Part shown: in pieces, positions 36,227 through 45,952 of the stretch
How positions within the stretch are numbered: the first letter of the stretch is position 1
How the letters are laid out: each line of letters starts with the position of its first letter
Assembly: GCA_943355005.1 (NCBI GenBank)
Contig: CALRDV010000003.1
Coordinates: forward strand, 72,590 to 136,589
DNA from: Patescibacteria group bacterium
GTDB lineage: Bacteria; Patescibacteriota; Microgenomatia; UBA1400; MFAQ01
Direction of reading: 5' to 3'
DNA length: 64,000 bases
Position numbers and translations under genes: made by a program
Notes under the pieces: generated by a model
The model's database searches: none
What the model saw: only the letters and a program-made list of their open reading frames with translations
Told to the model about the DNA's origin: nothing

Positions 36227-36559
36227 CTAAAGTGAAGCAACTGGTGCTTCAGCTGTCTCTTTTTTGGAGTCGGCTTTCTTTTTGACCTCAAGCATCTCTT
36301 TGAGGGATTTAGGAGTTCTGTCGACTTCTTCTTTTTTCTTATTTTTGGGAATATAGCCTGAAGCAGCTTTACGTTTAGCCATAAACTTGTCCACTCTACC
36401 TAGAGTATCGAGGAATTTCTGGGTACCGGTAAAGAAAGGGTGACAGTTGTAACAAACGTCGATGTGTAGAGTTTTTCTGGTGCCTCCGGTGGTAAACGAG
36501 TTTCCACAAGCGCAGGTGACGACCATTTCTTCGTAAATTGGATGAATATTCTGTTTCAT
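36227..36559 (-). CDS. rpmE: 50S ribosomal protein L31 with a Lys-rich C-terminal extension.
   Basis: [11 protein letters not shown] ... CACGN ... [10 protein letters not shown]. Confidence 0.9.
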   Translation of the reverse strand: MKQNIHPIYEEMVVTCACGNSFTTGGTRKTLHIDVCYNCHPFFTGTQKFLDTLGRVDKFMAKRKAASGYIPKNKKKEEVDRTPKSLKEMLEVKKKADSKKETAEAPVASL

Positions 36560-36640
36560 AGCTGTGATATTGTATCACAGAAAGGGTATTTAGGCTCAGA
36601 GAATTATGTAAGTTGATATAAAAATAGCCCCCATGAGGGG

Positions 36641-36961
36641 CTATTCGATTTCGGAATACGCTATCCAATAGAACATCATTGATGTCCACAGAACATTTAT
36701 TTCTGTTGCGAGGATGATTTGGAAGATGAGACTGATGATTGTAGACTTTACAAACGTGAACACGAACATCGAGATCATTGTTGTTGGAGCGATCGTAATG
36801 ACGAAACTTACGATTCCCCAAAAACATAGGGCTCGGATCGCTTTCCAGGGTTGGGATAGATCATTCCACCCTTCGGTAGAATACTGGTAAGCACTTTTTA
36901 TGCTACCAATTACCCACTTGATCGTGTTCAGTATTACTTGGAATAAATTTGGCGATTTCAA
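36641..36961 (-). CDS. Small membrane protein of 106 aa.
   Basis: TTG start preceded by AAGGAG with a 6-nt spacer. Hydrophobic. Confidence 0.45.
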   Translation of the reverse strand: MKSPNLFQVILNTIKWVIGSIKSAYQYSTEGWNDLSQPWKAIRALCFWGIVSFVITIAPTTMISMFVFTFVKSTIISLIFQIILATEINVLWTSMMFYWIAYSEIE

Positions 36962-37055
36962 TGTGAACTCCTTGACCTTATGAAAATTTTGACTCCAAAT
37001 ATTGTATCATAGATTCAAAATTAAGGCAAGCTATAGGGTATAAATTGAGGCTGAG

Positions 37056-37931
37056 TTAGCGTCTCTCGGAGAGGTAGACGCCTGAGATTATGATGATGGT
37101 GGAGATAATCGTGACGGGGGACATGGGCTCCTTTAGCCAGAGAAGTGAAATGGGAATGGCAAAGGCAGGCTGTAAATATGTAAATATCGCGGCTTCGGCG
37201 GCTTCAATACGCTTTTGACCTTCTTGATAGGCCCAAAAACCAAGAATGGAGCCACCGATGGCCATATAGATAATGCCAGGGATGGCTTGAGGGTTTAAAT
37301 TTAGGCCTGTGTGTTCCAGTGTAATGGCAAGGTAAAAGAAGGGAATACTAATCAAGAAAGAGAGGAAGGTAAGAGAAATGGGATCGGCATGATCTTTTTT
37401 GGACTTGATTAGGAAGGTGGACCAGATTATATTGCTGACAAGGATAAGTAGATTTCCTTTGAGTGATAGGGAACCAATTCCTTGACCTGAGAAAAAGGGC
37501 TGGATGGCGATAAGTAGGGTGCCAAATAGAGCGATTAAAATCCCACGCCACTCGTTCTTGGATAATTTTTCATTTAAATAAATAATGCCACCGAGAATAG
37601 TGAAGATGGGACTACTGGAAAATAAGATGGAAGCTTCGATTGAGGTGGTTGTCTTTAGTCCGTAAAAGAGTGGTAGTAATGTAAGAGGTGTTCCCAGTAG
37701 AGCTAAAATGATTAGTTTTTTTAGATCCGGTTTGTTTACCATGTGGGCACGGTGAACTAGAAAAATGGGGAAGAAGATAAAAGTGGCAATGAGATAGCGG
37801 TAAAAAAGAAATACTTCCGGAGAGGTGAAATCTAAGGAATGCTTGATGATGGGTGCGGCGCAACCCCAAAGTGCTGTGTTCAGTAATAGGAATAGATACG
37901 CTTTGGAACGGGACTTGGAAATGTCGGGCAT
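37056..37931 (-). CDS. EamA/DMT-family transporter.
   Basis: 291 aa with ten predicted TM segments in two EamA-like halves. Confidence 0.7.
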   Translation of the reverse strand: MPDISKSRSKAYLFLLLNTALWGCAAPIIKHSLDFTSPEVFLFYRYLIATFIFFPIFLVHRAHMVNKPDLKKLIILALLGTPLTLLPLFYGLKTTTSIEASILFSSSPIFTILGGIIYLNEKLSKNEWRGILIALFGTLLIAIQPFFSGQGIGSLSLKGNLLILVSNIIWSTFLIKSKKDHADPISLTFLSFLISIPFFYLAITLEHTGLNLNPQAIPGIIYMAIGGSILGFWAYQEGQKRIEAAEAAIFTYLQPAFAIPISLLWLKEPMSPVTIISTIIIISGVYLSERR

Positions 37932-37980
37932 GTAAACATTTTACATTGTATGTTGATTATTTTATATTGACACAAAAAAG

Positions 37981-38046
37981 ATGTCATGCCGGACCTGATC
38001 CGACATCCAGGCTTTTCTGGATTCCGGGTCGTAGCCCGGAATGACA
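37981..38046 (+). repeat. Composite hairpin repeat: reverse type C unit followed by a type B unit.
   Basis: gtcatgccggacctgatccgacatccag ... tctggattccgggtcgtagcccggaatgaca. Confidence 0.8.
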
Positions 38047-38062
38047 ATATTTGTATGAAGTA

Positions 38063-38803
38063 TTAGATTACCTTGGCGGTGGAGAGGTAGTCTTTGCCTT
38101 CAAATTTTTTGGTAATGGCAAAAATGGAACTACCTGGCTTAATGTCGGTTATGACAATGGTTGATTTTTTGGTCAGGGTGTACAAGACCTCTTTACCTTC
38201 GATGCTAAGGCCAATTATTTTTTTCTTTGCATCTACGGAGGAAACTTTGGCAAAGATAGTTCCAGATACCATTGCTGATGGGTCTTCCTTGATGACAATA
38301 ATTCTTTTTGCCAGAATGATATCTTCTTTTAGTAAAGTGCCAATTACGATAATTTTGTCGGAGATGGCAATAGTGGTTAGTTTGCCGGGTTTGGCTTCTT
38401 TGATGTAGGCTGTTTTGTCATCTGTGGTTATTTGGATTAACGATTCGTCTTTGGAAGTTAGAGTGATGTTGCCCGAGTTTATGGATTTAACGTAACCAAC
38501 GTATCCCACCAAGGTTTTCTGATTTATTTTTTCTTTCAAGTTTGATTCGGTGGCAGTGAGATTTTCTTTTACAAGTGACTTAATTTTTTCCTGAATATCT
38601 TCGGTTTGAGATGGGGTGGCAGCTATCGTGGCTACTTTTTCTGTGGGAGTGGCGGAAGGGGTGGCAGTCTTGGTGGGGGTTGGGGAGGCGGCAAAAACGG
38701 TAGAGTTCGGAGTTACTGGATGGATTCCTGCCTTCGCAGGAATGACTATTGTTATGGATAATATTATTAAAATTGATAGTGCAACTAATTTTTTACTTTT
38801 CAT
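38063..38803 (-). CDS. Secreted hypothetical protein with a Pro/Thr-rich linker.
   Basis: Signal peptide followed by a PTPTKTATPSATPTEK linker. Confidence 0.6.
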   Translation of the reverse strand: MKSKKLVALSILIILSITIVIPAKAGIHPVTPNSTVFAASPTPTKTATPSATPTEKVATIAATPSQTEDIQEKIKSLVKENLTATESNLKEKINQKTLVGYVGYVKSINSGNITLTSKDESLIQITTDDKTAYIKEAKPGKLTTIAISDKIIVIGTLLKEDIILAKRIIVIKEDPSAMVSGTIFAKVSSVDAKKKIIGLSIEGKEVLYTLTKKSTIVITDIKPGSSIFAITKKFEGKDYLSTAKVI

Positions 38804-39246
38804 TCGGGTAGGGTAGCTGTTTGAATAATCGTAATACTCTCTTTAACTGTAGTATTGTCTGGAAGTAATTCAGTGACTGTTATGGTATTTTCTCCTCCTA
38901 TTAAATTGATTTTGGCTGAGAAAGTGCCATCTGACCCGGCTTCTATAAGTAGGTCGTCTGCTTCACCTATGATCGCAATGTTTGAACCGGGAATTGCTTT
39001 CCCTGTAAGTGTAGCAATTTTTTCGGTAGTAACCGTGTGATTGGAAGGACTGATTATGCTAAGAGATTTCGTTTCCGTTGTTGGAGCTGGAGAGATCGGG
39101 GATTCGGTGGTCTTCTCAACAGGTTTAGTGTTGCTTACTGATTTGTTAGCTAGATTTATTCCATAGAGAATGACACCTCCAAGGATGATACCAAATATTA
39201 CGGCCAGAAGTACTTCTTTTCGCATTTCCTCTCGATTATATACCAC
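38800..39246 (-). CDS. Hypothetical membrane-anchored protein.
   Basis: 148 aa with an N-terminal TM. Overlaps the downstream gene by 4 nt, which suggests an operon. Confidence 0.55.
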   Translation of the reverse strand: MVYNREEMRKEVLLAVIFGIILGGVILYGINLANKSVSNTKPVEKTTESPISPAPTTETKSLSIISPSNHTVTTEKIATLTGKAIPGSNIAIIGEADDLLIEAGSDGTFSAKINLIGGENTITVTELLPDNTTVKESITIIQTATLPE

Positions 39247-39292
39247 GTCGATTTTAAAGAGATGAAAGCGGTTACTGTGGTATTATTTAGAC

Positions 39293-39952
39293 ATGGAAAT
39301 TACCTATTTTGGTCACTCATGTTTCAAGTTGAAAAATAAAGCGGGACTTACCATATATATGGACCCGTTCAAAAGCGAAATGGTTGGCCTTCCTATGGCC
39401 AAAGATGTTGCTGACGTTCTGACTATTTCTCATAGTCATGAAGATCATAGTGCCTCCGAAGTGATTACCGGACCGGTTACTAGAGAAAATACTTTTGTAA
39501 TTGACAGAGAGGGTGAATATGAAATAGCGGGAGTTCAAATCTCGGCTATTAAGACATATCATGATAAGAACACTGGCGCTGACAGAGGTAAAAATTTGGT
39601 CATATATATTATCATGGATAGTCTTCATATCGTTCATCTTGGAGATATTTGCCATAAGCTCACGGAAGCACAAATCGAAAAATTGGGTTCGGTAGACGTC
39701 ATGATGGTGCCGGTTGGTGGGACCTTTACTCTGGATGCCAACGAAGCGATGGATATGATTAAGGATGTCCAGCCTTCTTATGCTATTCCTATGCATTACA
39801 AAACCAATGAATCTAAAATTACAGAATTGACAACATTAGAAAATTTCTTAGATAAAAATAAATTTCCAATAGCCGGAGAACCGGTTCATAAGATTAAATT
39901 AGACGAGGGAAATCTGCCCGATGATACCCAAGTGTTAATAATGAATGGCTAA
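39293..39952 (+). CDS. Metallo-beta-lactamase fold hydrolase.
   Basis: HSHEDH metal-binding motif. Confidence 0.75.
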   Translation: MEITYFGHSCFKLKNKAGLTIYMDPFKSEMVGLPMAKDVADVLTISHSHEDHSASEVITGPVTRENTFVIDREGEYEIAGVQISAIKTYHDKNTGADRGKNLVIYIIMDSLHIVHLGDICHKLTEAQIEKLGSVDVMMVPVGGTFTLDANEAMDMIKDVQPSYAIPMHYKTNESKITELTTLENFLDKNKFPIAGEPVHKIKLDEGNLPDDTQVLIMNG

Positions 39953-41261
39953 CCTCAGGGTCCCTCCTCATGCAGATGAAGCTGAGAAATCCATTTTAGG
40001 GTCTGTCCTAATTGATAAAGATGCGATAGTCGACATTGCAGTTATTTTGCGGCCGGAAATGTTTTACAACGAAAACAACGGCAAAATCTTTGAAGCAATG
40101 ATCACTCTTTATGAGATGCGAGATCCGATTGATGTGCTTACAGTTTCTGATTGGCTCAAGAAAAATAAGGTGCTGGACAGGGTGGGAGGAAGGGCGTATA
40201 TTTCCGAACTCTCAAATGAAGTCCCGGTGGCTTCACATGTGTCTAAGTATTCTCAAATTGTCAGAGATTGCTATATTAAACGGCTTTTGATTTCAGCGGG
40301 TGCTCAGATGGGAGAGATGGGCTTTGATGAAGGAAAACCTTTGGGTGAGATTCTCGACAAGGCAGAGCAATCTATTTATGCGCTTTCTCAAACACATGTT
40401 AGAAAATCTTTTGTTCCAATCAAAGATGCTCTGGCGGAAAGTTTTGATCGTTTAGATTCTCTGCATAATTCACCGGATGGACTTCGAGGTGTTCCTACGG
40501 GATTTTCTGACTTGGATAATATGTTAGCAGGGATGCAGGACAGTAACTTAATTATTTTGGCGGCGCGTCCTGGTATTGGAAAAACAACTTTTGCAACTAA
40601 TATTGCTCAGTATGCGGCGGTAGAAAGAAAGATGCCGGTGGGATACTTTGCTCTGGAAATGAGTAACTTGGAAATGGTCGACCGTATGCTTGTGGGCCAA
40701 GCTAATATTGATGCTTGGAAACTTAAAACAGGAAATCTTAAGGAAGATGACTTTGCTAGATTGTCCGAAGCAATGGGCGTTTTGGCGGATTGTCCTCTGT
40801 ATATCGATGATACTCCTGGACAATCTATCCTAGAGCTTCGCACCAAAGCCCGTAAACTTCACTCACAAGTAGGATTAAAACTTCTTGTTGTTGACTACTT
40901 ACAGCTGGTAGTAGGGGATAAGAGCTATGAAAGTAGGGTGCAGGAAGTGGGTGCGATTTCGCAGGGTTTGAAAAATCTAGCTCGTGAACTTAAAATTCCG
41001 GTATTGGCTTTGTCTCAGCTTAATCGAGGAATTGAGGGTAGAACAGAGAAGACACCGCAGCTTTCTGACCTCCGTGAGTCTGGAAGTATCGAGCAAGATG
41101 CAGACGTAGTCATGTTCCTATATCGTAATGATGACAATATTTTGGAAGATATTAATTTGTCGATAGCCAAGCACCGTAATGGTGGTTTGGGGACAATTAG
41201 TCTCAAGTTCCGAGGTGATCGTGTGAAATTCTATGGTGTAGATCATGGACATAAGAGCTAG
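39945..41261 (+). CDS. dnaB: Replicative DNA helicase DnaB.
   Basis: N-terminus PPHADEAEKSILGSVL, Walker A GARPGIGKTTFA, and a RecA-like C-terminal domain. Confidence 0.9.
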   Translation: MANLRVPPHADEAEKSILGSVLIDKDAIVDIAVILRPEMFYNENNGKIFEAMITLYEMRDPIDVLTVSDWLKKNKVLDRVGGRAYISELSNEVPVASHVSKYSQIVRDCYIKRLLISAGAQMGEMGFDEGKPLGEILDKAEQSIYALSQTHVRKSFVPIKDALAESFDRLDSLHNSPDGLRGVPTGFSDLDNMLAGMQDSNLIILAARPGIGKTTFATNIAQYAAVERKMPVGYFALEMSNLEMVDRMLVGQANIDAWKLKTGNLKEDDFARLSEAMGVLADCPLYIDDTPGQSILELRTKARKLHSQVGLKLLVVDYLQLVVGDKSYESRVQEVGAISQGLKNLARELKIPVLALSQLNRGIEGRTEKTPQLSDLRESGSIEQDADVVMFLYRNDDNILEDINLSIAKHRNGGLGTISLKFRGDRVKFYGVDHGHKS

Positions 41262-41303
41262 GCTTTTTTGTGGTAAATTTAAGTGATATTAATTAACTTA
41301 ATT

Positions 41304-41897
41304 ATGGCAAAAACTTATCCTTACATGTTAGATTCGTTACCTTATGCATTCGACGCTCTTGAGCCGGTTATAGATCAAGAGACCATGATGATCCACCATG
41401 ATAAACATCATCAGGCATATGTAGACAATCTAAATAAATCTATGGAGGCAAATCCTAGTTTACAAGCTAAGACTCTGGACGAGTTATTTTCTTCCGATAT
41501 TCCTGTGGTGAAGAATAATGCCGGTGGAGTTTGGAATCATGATTTTTTCTGGGATGAGATGGTTACCCCCGGTAGTTCTCAAATGGGAGAAAATCTTAAG
41601 GTGGAAATAGAGAAAAACTTTGTAAGTGTGGATGAGTTTAAAGCAAAGTTCGAAACATCAGCCTTAACTAGATTTGGTAGTGGTTGGGCTTGGCTGGTGA
41701 TGAATAAAGATGGGGGGCTGGAGATTATGTCTACTGCAAACCAAGACAATCCGATGGTTGACGGTTTTAAACCCTTGTTGGCAATTGATGTTTGGGAGCA
41801 TGCTTACTATTTGAAGTATAAAAATAAAAGAGCCGACTATGTCAAAGCTTGGTGGGAAGTGGTGAACTGGGATGTGGTGGAGTCAAGGATGAAATAG
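41304..41897 (+). CDS. sodA: Fe/Mn superoxide dismutase.
   Basis: MAKTYPY ... HHDKHHQAYV ... DVWEHAYYL. The start is placed at the internal ATG 41304, not the track's 41283. Confidence 0.9.
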   Translation: MAKTYPYMLDSLPYAFDALEPVIDQETMMIHHDKHHQAYVDNLNKSMEANPSLQAKTLDELFSSDIPVVKNNAGGVWNHDFFWDEMVTPGSSQMGENLKVEIEKNFVSVDEFKAKFETSALTRFGSGWAWLVMNKDGGLEIMSTANQDNPMVDGFKPLLAIDVWEHAYYLKYKNKRADYVKAWWEVVNWDVVESRMK

Positions 41898-41941
41898 CCA
41901 ATAAAAATGACTCTCGATTGAGAGTCATTAGTTTTATGGAA

Positions 41942-42457
41942 TTATTTAAGAGGGATTAGCTTCCAGGATGATGGTTTATTGGAGAGCGCAGCACCGCTTG
42001 TAGTAGTTGTGCTAATGTTGAAGTGTTGGATTACCTCTAGCATCCCGAGTTCTGATCCTAAGAGTAATTTTGCTTGATTGATGTACCACCAAGCCCTGGG
42101 AAAGGTAACGTATGATCGGTAAGTTGCTTGACCGCTTACAATATGGTCTTGTAAAACTTTTATTTCGCCCGTGTGCAAGAAATACACTGAGATATTTTCA
42201 TCCATGCGAATGCAAGGAGTGAAAAAATAATGGGTGATAATTTCATCGCCATCTTTGCTGGCTTCGGTAAGTGGTCCGTAGTTCCCAGCGGAAAAAAGAT
42301 AATAACTGGCGGCTGAGTTATCTGGTGTGGCTGCCCAGCTTGGAACAACACCTGAATTACTTTTGAGAAACTCCTCGGCTGAGGCTAGAAAAATCTTTGG
42401 GTTGACGTGTATCACGGTTTCCTCTTTTCTTTGGTTTAAGGGGCAATTTGATGTCAT
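41942..42457 (-). CDS. Hypothetical protein.
   Basis: 171 aa ORF. Confidence 0.55.
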   Translation of the reverse strand: MTSNCPLNQRKEETVIHVNPKIFLASAEEFLKSNSGVVPSWAATPDNSAASYYLFSAGNYGPLTEASKDGDEIITHYFFTPCIRMDENISVYFLHTGEIKVLQDHIVSGQATYRSYVTFPRAWWYINQAKLLLGSELGMLEVIQHFNISTTTTSGAALSNKPSSWKLIPLK

Positions 42458-42531
42458 ATAGTAACATATATCCTATATAATGTCAATCGAGCTTAAAAGT
42501 GATAAATTTCTGTTAAAATAGAGTGTTAGTT

Positions 42532-42614
42532 GCCGGGATGGCGGAATGGTATACGCTCAAGTCTCAAAAACTTGTGGTCGCAAGGCCGTGAGGGTTCGAC
42601 TCCCTCTCCCGGCA
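42532..42614 (+). tRNA. tRNA-Leu (anticodon CAA), type II with a long variable arm.
   Basis: Folded by hand. Acceptor GCCGGGA/TCCCGGC, anticodon stem CAAGT/ACTTG with loop CTCAAAA, T-arm GAGGG-TTCGACT-CCCTC. CCA is not encoded. A terminator lies at 42625-42652. Confidence 0.85.
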
Positions 42615-42624
42615 CATTAAAAAA

Positions 42625-42652
42625 TACGCGCCTCGTGCGCGTATTTTTTTAC
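42625..42652 (+). terminator. Rho-independent terminator after the tRNA.
   Basis: atacgcgcctcgtgcgcgtat followed by ttttttt. Confidence 0.7.
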
Positions 42653-42662
42653 AAAAAACCCG

Positions 42663-42875
42663 CTACTTTGCGGGTTTATTAAGTGTCGAATACAGGATTG
42701 ATCTTATTAGTCGATTACAGTTATAACAACGTATCTCGACGTATTTCCCAACTCTTTTTACTTTTCGTAAGTTCGAACTTACTCCACATCCGCCTTTGTG
42801 TCGGTGGCAATGGTATTTTCCTTCTTTTCTGGGTAGTCGTGGGGTGACTTCGCTACCGGTTATTGGACCATTCAT
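42663..42875 (-). CDS. Small, very basic Cys/His-containing protein (zinc-ribbon-like).
   Basis: 70 aa. Strong ribosome-binding site AGGAGG 5 nt before the ATG. Terminator hairpin at 42654-42680. The family was not recognised. Confidence 0.45.
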   Translation of the reverse strand: MNGPITGSEVTPRLPRKEGKYHCHRHKGGCGVSSNLRKVKRVGKYVEIRCYNCNRLIRSILYSTLNKPAK

Positions 42876-42955
42876 GTAGACCTCCTGAAGGTACTGTTGG
42901 CCTATATTTTATATCATTTCTTGCTATGCTTGAGGCTTAGGTTTAAAATAGGCTC

Positions 42956-43516
42956 ATGATTGATGTAAACAAGCTCAAAGTTGGCGTAACTTTTACCGAA
43001 GAGGGGATTCCTTATCGGGTAATGAAGTATGATTTTACAAAAATGGGGCGTGGACACGCGACTATTAAGGTAAAGGCAAGAAACCTTTTTAGTGGATCTA
43101 TTGAAACTAAGGGTTATATCTCAGGTAATATGGTTGAGGATATTTTGCTAGACAAAAGGCACTTACAGTATCTCTATAAAGACGATGAAAAGGCATTTTT
43201 TATGGATCCGTCTACTTTTGAACAGGTTGAAATCCCCTTAACTGTCCTAGCTGATGATGTTCTGTACTTAGTAGAAGGTGAAAAGTCTTGGGTACTTTTC
43301 TGGGATGAAAAGATACTGGGAGTTGAAGTTCCCACTTCTGTGATTATGAAAATTGCCGAGACCGAGCCTGGTGCTCGAGGAAATACCGTCAGTAACGTTC
43401 TTAAGCCGGCTAAGACCCTTTCAGGGCTTACGGTGATGGTTCCTTTGTTTATTAGTGAAGGGGACACTATTAAAATCAATACGGAAACCGGGGAATATAC
43501 CGGTAGGGCGAATTAA
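42956..43516 (+). CDS. efp: Elongation factor P.
   Basis: 186 aa with the EF-P KOW and OB pattern (KVGVTFTEEGIPYRVMKYDFTKMGRGHA). Confidence 0.9.
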   Translation: MIDVNKLKVGVTFTEEGIPYRVMKYDFTKMGRGHATIKVKARNLFSGSIETKGYISGNMVEDILLDKRHLQYLYKDDEKAFFMDPSTFEQVEIPLTVLADDVLYLVEGEKSWVLFWDEKILGVEVPTSVIMKIAETEPGARGNTVSNVLKPAKTLSGLTVMVPLFISEGDTIKINTETGEYTGRAN

Positions 43517-43538
43517 AAACCCGCCATTCGTGGCGGGT

Positions 43539-43862
43539 TTAGCTGTTCGATCTGAGAGAATTGCGTAATTTGTCGCACCTTAGTCGCCAGTCCGGAACAA
43601 GATCTTTTTTGGAGATTGTTGACTCGAAGTCGGTAAGGATGTAATTCAACACCTCGGTTTGGATTTCAAGGGTTAAATATTCCCTGGCAATTTCCAAAGA
43701 GGCGATGAGAAAGTCATCTGTAAGAGATGATATTGCTTCTTTTTCTGTGGGTTGGTCATAACAAACTCCGGCAATATCATAGCCACGGAGATCCTTTACT
43801 TCAGGGTCGAACTTGAACTGGTATCCGGCTTTAGATGTAACCAAAAAAATGACTTCGTTCAT
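43539..43862 (-). CDS. Hypothetical protein.
   Basis: 107 aa ORF. Hairpin terminator at 43518-43540. Confidence 0.5.
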   Translation of the reverse strand: MNEVIFLVTSKAGYQFKFDPEVKDLRGYDIAGVCYDQPTEKEAISSLTDDFLIASLEIAREYLTLEIQTEVLNYILTDFESTISKKDLVPDWRLRCDKLRNSLRSNS

Positions 43863-43952
43863 GTTCTCTCCTCTCTTTTGGGATTATTCAGGTGCCAAAC
43901 TTCGGTTATTATCCCATAAATACCTGATTATGGCTAGTTTTGACTTATAAAG

Positions 43953-44399
43953 TTATTTTAGGAGTAGAATTAGTAAAATTACCAGGAATTGGGGAAGCAG
44001 TCCCCAGAATTTGTTCGAAGTGGAGCGGTGACACCAGGTATGAAAAGCAGCGAATTTTTTCATTAATGGCCCACGAAAGTTAAGAAATAGGTAGGGGAAT
44101 TCTATGAAATCCGGTAAAAGCCCGAAAAACCAGCCTAGCCAGGGACGGTAGTCGAAGGGACGACCGACCTGAAAAAATAGATAGACAATAAGAAAAGAGA
44201 GGGGGAAATCAATAAAAAGCTCTTGAAGAAAGGCTGACTTTTTACTCTTCTTTTGGTGAGTCAGTCCTTGACCGACATCCCAGTGGGGGACGCGATCTTC
44301 CAGAAAATGAGAAGCTAAAATAAGGGGAATACTGATAAAGGGGTTGTTGATTTTTGAGGCGATAAAAGCGCCGGTGGGTCCATGAGCGATGGATAGCAT
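43953..44399 (-). CDS. Hypothetical membrane protein. It may be a YdjM-like membrane-bound hydrolase, which is weakly supported.
   Basis: 148 aa with hydrophobic segments and His/Asp residues at the N-terminus. Confidence 0.45.
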   Translation of the reverse strand: MLSIAHGPTGAFIASKINNPFISIPLILASHFLEDRVPHWDVGQGLTHQKKSKKSAFLQELFIDFPLSFLIVYLFFQVGRPFDYRPWLGWFFGLLPDFIEFPYLFLNFRGPLMKKFAAFHTWCHRSTSNKFWGLLPQFLVILLILLLK

Positions 44400-44426
44400 A
44401 TGTTTTTTTAGTATACTCTATGTATC

Positions 44427-45161
44427 ATGAATGACGCTATTTACAGAATAGGAACAATTTCTATTTACGGGTTTGGGTTATTAGCAACTCTGTCGTTTCT
44501 GTGGGGGTCTTTTGTCTTTTACAAAAAAGCAATTGGTTCTCATGTGGAGGAATTTCATATTTTAGACGGGGTGGTGATGTCGGCATTTTGGGCTTTTATT
44601 ATTGGGAGGCTTTCCTTTGTTGTGTTAAATATAGGAACATTTTGGAATCATTTTTCTAGAATCTTTTTGTTTTCAAATTTTCCGGGTATCGATAAATGGG
44701 GAGTGATAATTGGAGTTTTCCTTGGAGCTTATTGGACTATCCGTAGAGTTAAGGCAAAATGGCTCGATTGGTTCGATTTGATTTCTTTGGGTATTAGTGC
44801 AGGAATTTCGATTTTTTTTGCAGGATTGTCAATATTAACTTTTTCTTGGCAGTATACGGTTTTGGCGCTTATTTATTTGTTTATCTTTGTTTTTGGGTGG
44901 GGAGCGGAGGAGAAGTACCGGACTTATGCTTGGTACAAAAGTAATAAGACTTCAGCCAAATCTGGATTGATTACAGGTCTTTCTTGTTCTGCTTGGGGAA
45001 TAGTCTCAATCTTGGAAAAGTTTATTTTTGGGAAGATGAATCTATTAGAAATATTGTGGGGATCATTACTGTTTGTGGCAGGTATAGTTTTAGTGTATAT
45101 TAGGTCTGGAAGGACAGTGAATGAAGATATTAAAATAATTTTTAAACATGGAAGAAAATAA
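44427..45161 (+). CDS. Polytopic membrane protein, possibly a divergent prolipoprotein diacylglyceryl transferase.
   Basis: The N-terminal pattern IYGFGLLATLSFLWG...IIGRLSFV resembles Lgt, and lspA lies in the same operon. The Lgt signature GRxGNFxNxE was not found. Confidence 0.35.
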   Translation: MNDAIYRIGTISIYGFGLLATLSFLWGSFVFYKKAIGSHVEEFHILDGVVMSAFWAFIIGRLSFVVLNIGTFWNHFSRIFLFSNFPGIDKWGVIIGVFLGAYWTIRRVKAKWLDWFDLISLGISAGISIFFAGLSILTFSWQYTVLALIYLFIFVFGWGAEEKYRTYAWYKSNKTSAKSGLITGLSCSAWGIVSILEKFIFGKMNLLEILWGSLLFVAGIVLVYIRSGRTVNEDIKIIFKHGRK

Positions 45162-45531
45162 TAAAATCAAATTCCCTTTATCCGTGCTTAAACCGCTAAT
45201 TTCTTACCTCAAAGGTGAAGAAAAACGCTTAAAGGAAACTAAGAAAGAGCTAAAAAAGGAGGACCCTTTTATTGTTGGTAATCGAGACGAGGATAATTCG
45301 GTAGATTCCGACGTAGCCGAAAATGTCGAGCATGACAGAACTTTCGCAATGAGGAAGCAGGTAAGTCGCTCTATCATTGAAATCCGAAAAACACTAACCA
45401 GGATAAAGCTTGGAAAATACGGAATTTGTGCAAGTTGCGGAAAAATGATTGATACTGACAGGCTCGCCGTGAATCCTACTGCTGAGTTCTGTATGACCTG
45501 TGAAACTCAGATTGAAAAGAAGAGGGGATGA
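45148..45531 (+). CDS. DksA/TraR-family C4 zinc-finger protein.
   Basis: C-terminal CASCGKMIDTDRLAVNPTAEFCMTC. Confidence 0.7.
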   Translation: MEENNKIKFPLSVLKPLISYLKGEEKRLKETKKELKKEDPFIVGNRDEDNSVDSDVAENVEHDRTFAMRKQVSRSIIEIRKTLTRIKLGKYGICASCGKMIDTDRLAVNPTAEFCMTCETQIEKKRG

Positions 45532-45952
45532 AATAAAACAAAATCTGTTTAAAAAATATTTAATTCTGGCCATTAGTTCGAGTTTTGTAATACTTGATAT
45601 TTTTTTGCAGTCATATTTTCGCAATAGGGGATTGGGGATTGAAAATCGAGGTGTGTCTTTTGGAATTTTTTCAGGCTGGGGTCAGGGGATTGCAATTGTA
45701 GTTTTCTTTCTTTTTATTCTATTTTCCTCAAGGAGCTTTATAAAAGGGAAGTCTGACTTAGGGTTGTTGATGATTCTGATTGGGGGCCTGGGAAACTTGA
45801 TTCCCAGGTTGTTTCAGGGCGGTGTATGGGATTATATTTATTTGCCACTTTTGCCCTTTTGGTTTAATTTTTCGGATGTCATGATAACCGGTGGGGTATT
45901 TTTGTATGGATGGAGGGAGATTGCTTCAGCTCGAGTACGAGATTCGCAATGA
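45500..45952 (+). CDS. lspA: Lipoprotein signal peptidase II.
   Basis: LspA motifs GVSFGIF and GGLGNLIPR...WDYIYL...FNFSDVMITGGV. The last codons and the TGA stop lie inside a hairpin repeat. Confidence 0.8.
   Translation: MKLRLKRRGDEIKQNLFKKYLILAISSSFVILDIFLQSYFRNRGLGIENRGVSFGIFSGWGQGIAIVVFFLFILFSSRSFIKGKSDLGLLMILIGGLGNLIPRLFQGGVWDYIYLPLLPFWFNFSDVMITGGVFLYGWREIASARVRDSQ

Noticed and set aside
42663-42875. The small basic Cys protein could be a zinc-binding ribosomal protein such as L28, L33 or type-Z S14.
   Set aside because: The motif spacing does not match any of those families as I recall them. It is kept as a hypothetical zinc-ribbon protein.
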